From Candidatus Delongbacteria bacterium (GTDB lineage Bacteria > CAIWAD01): 64,000 bases of DNA. The position numbers were made by a program, and so were the translations under genes. Shown here piece by piece: positions 63,150-64,000 of this stretch. The stretch is taken from NCBI GenBank assembly GCA_041675285.1, contig JBAYTZ010000009.1, positions 10,601 through 74,600 on the forward strand, in the 5' to 3' direction. The notes under the pieces were generated by a model. The model searched no databases and was not told the DNA's origin. It saw nothing but the letters and a program-made list of their open reading frames with translations. Each line of letters starts with the position of its first letter. Positions within the stretch are counted from its first letter, which is position 1.

Positions 63150-64000
63150 ATGCAATTCAGTTTGGTCAAGGAGATTCGGCGCGGCGAAAACCGCGTGGCC
63201 CTGACTCCCGCGGGAGTGGGCCTGTTGGTGGCCGCCGGGCACGAAGTCCACGTGCAATCCGCCGCGGGGGCCGCCTCGCATTTCACCGACCAGGAGTACC
63301 AGGACGCGGGCGCCACGGTGGTCTACACGCCGGAGGAGGCCTACGCCCGGGGCGAGGTGGTGGTGAAGGTGTTGCCGCCCAAGGAAGACGAGGCCCATCT
63401 GATCCAGGAGGACCGCTGCCTGGTGAGCTTCCTGCAGATCGCCGCGGGCCGCGACAAGCTGCTGGACACCCTGGTGGCCGAGCGCACCCTGGCCCTGGGC
63501 CTGGAACTAGTCTCCCACGAGGACGGGCGCAAGCCCTTGGTCACGGCCATGAGCGAGATCGCCGGGCAGCTGGCCATCCAGTTCGGCGCCAACTACCTGC
63601 TCAGCGACCACGGCGGCCGCGGCCTGCTGCTGGGCTCCGTGCCCGGCATCAGCGGGGCCACGGTCACCATCCTGGGCGCCGGCACCCTGGGCACCATGGC
63701 CGCGCGCACGGCGCAGGGCATGGGCGCGCAGGTCGTGCTGCTGGACCGGGACATCTCGCAACTGCGGCGGGCCCAGTCCGTGCTGGGACCGGTGGCGACC
63801 ATGATGGCCACGGCCAACAACATCCGCCGGGCTCTGGCCTTCGCGGACCTGGCCATCGGCGCCGTCAGCCTGCCCGGCGACCGTACGCCCCACCTGGCGG
63901 ACCGCGAAATGGTCCGCGGCATGAAGCAAGGCTCGGTGATCGTGGACACCTCCGTCGACATGGGCGGCTGCTTCGAGACCAGCCGGCCCACCACCATCGA
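63150..64000 (+). CDS. ald: Alanine dehydrogenase (5' part; runs off the right edge)
   Basis: Hand translation from ATG 63150: MQFSLVKEIRRGENRVALTPAGVGLLVAAGHEVHVQSAAGAASHFTDQEYQDAGA...MSEIAGQLAIQFGANYL...VTILGAGTLGTMAARTAQGMGAQVVLLDRD. Not in the ORF track because there is no stop in the window. RBS AAGGAGAGG. Confidence 0.88.
   Translation, partial: MQFSLVKEIRRGENRVALTPAGVGLLVAAGHEVHVQSAAGAASHFTDQEYQDAGATVVYTPEEAYARGEVVVKVLPPKEDEAHLIQEDRCLVSFLQIAAGRDKLLDTLVAERTLALGLELVSHEDGRKPLVTAMSEIAGQLAIQFGANYLLSDHGGRGLLLGSVPGISGATVTILGAGTLGTMAARTAQGMGAQVVLLDRDISQLRRAQSVLGPVATMMATANNIRRALAFADLAIGAVSLPGDRTPHLADREMVRGMKQGSVIVDTSVDMGGCFETSRPTTI

Overview
High-GC (about 70% by eye) bacterial chromosomal segment, almost fully coding and mostly on the + strand. 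I support about 50 CDS, one ncRNA (SRP RNA), several hairpin terminators and a dense set of intergenic repeats. There are no tRNA or rRNA genes, CRISPR arrays, transposases, integrases or phage genes.

Gene content is mainly housekeeping:
- rpmB, aroB-aroQ, proS, a photolyase, ppa
- ffs-dnaX-ybaB-recR
- pgsA-pgpA-cinA-thpR-recA
- plsY-gpsA-acyP-apt-ligA
- efp-accB-accC
- gcvH-gcvPA-gcvPB
- an exonuclease-DinG fusion, mce, uvrC, ald

Envelope and glycan genes are also present:
- a secreted beta-roll/HEAT repeat protein, a MOP flippase and a membrane protein, chained to aroBQ by ATGA overlaps
- a GAF histidine kinase with a single-domain response regulator, and a secreted Zn-metalloprotease
- GH57 and GH13 enzymes
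- a non-catalytic CBM20-like protein with a T9SS/FlgD-Ig-type C-terminal domain
- a complete MoxR-DUF58-BatA-BatB/C-BatD/E 'aerotolerance' operon ending in a SPOR lipoprotein

The Bat operon and the T9SS-type tail suggest an FCB-superphylum-like organism; this is inference only.

The most unusual signal is non-coding. At least eight intergenic sites carry elements built from short tandem arrays (CACAGAGN or CACGAAGN, 8-nt period) in inverted orientation around unrelated cores. One core is a roughly 29% GC island. There is also a 7x11-bp GTGCCAGG array bracketed by two copies of a 29-nt hairpin, and a 650-bp repeat-filled spacer upstream of uvrC.

A second notable signal is an A10 run in dnaX. 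Both alternative frames hit a stop within 0-5 codons, which fits a tau/gamma recoding or slippage site.
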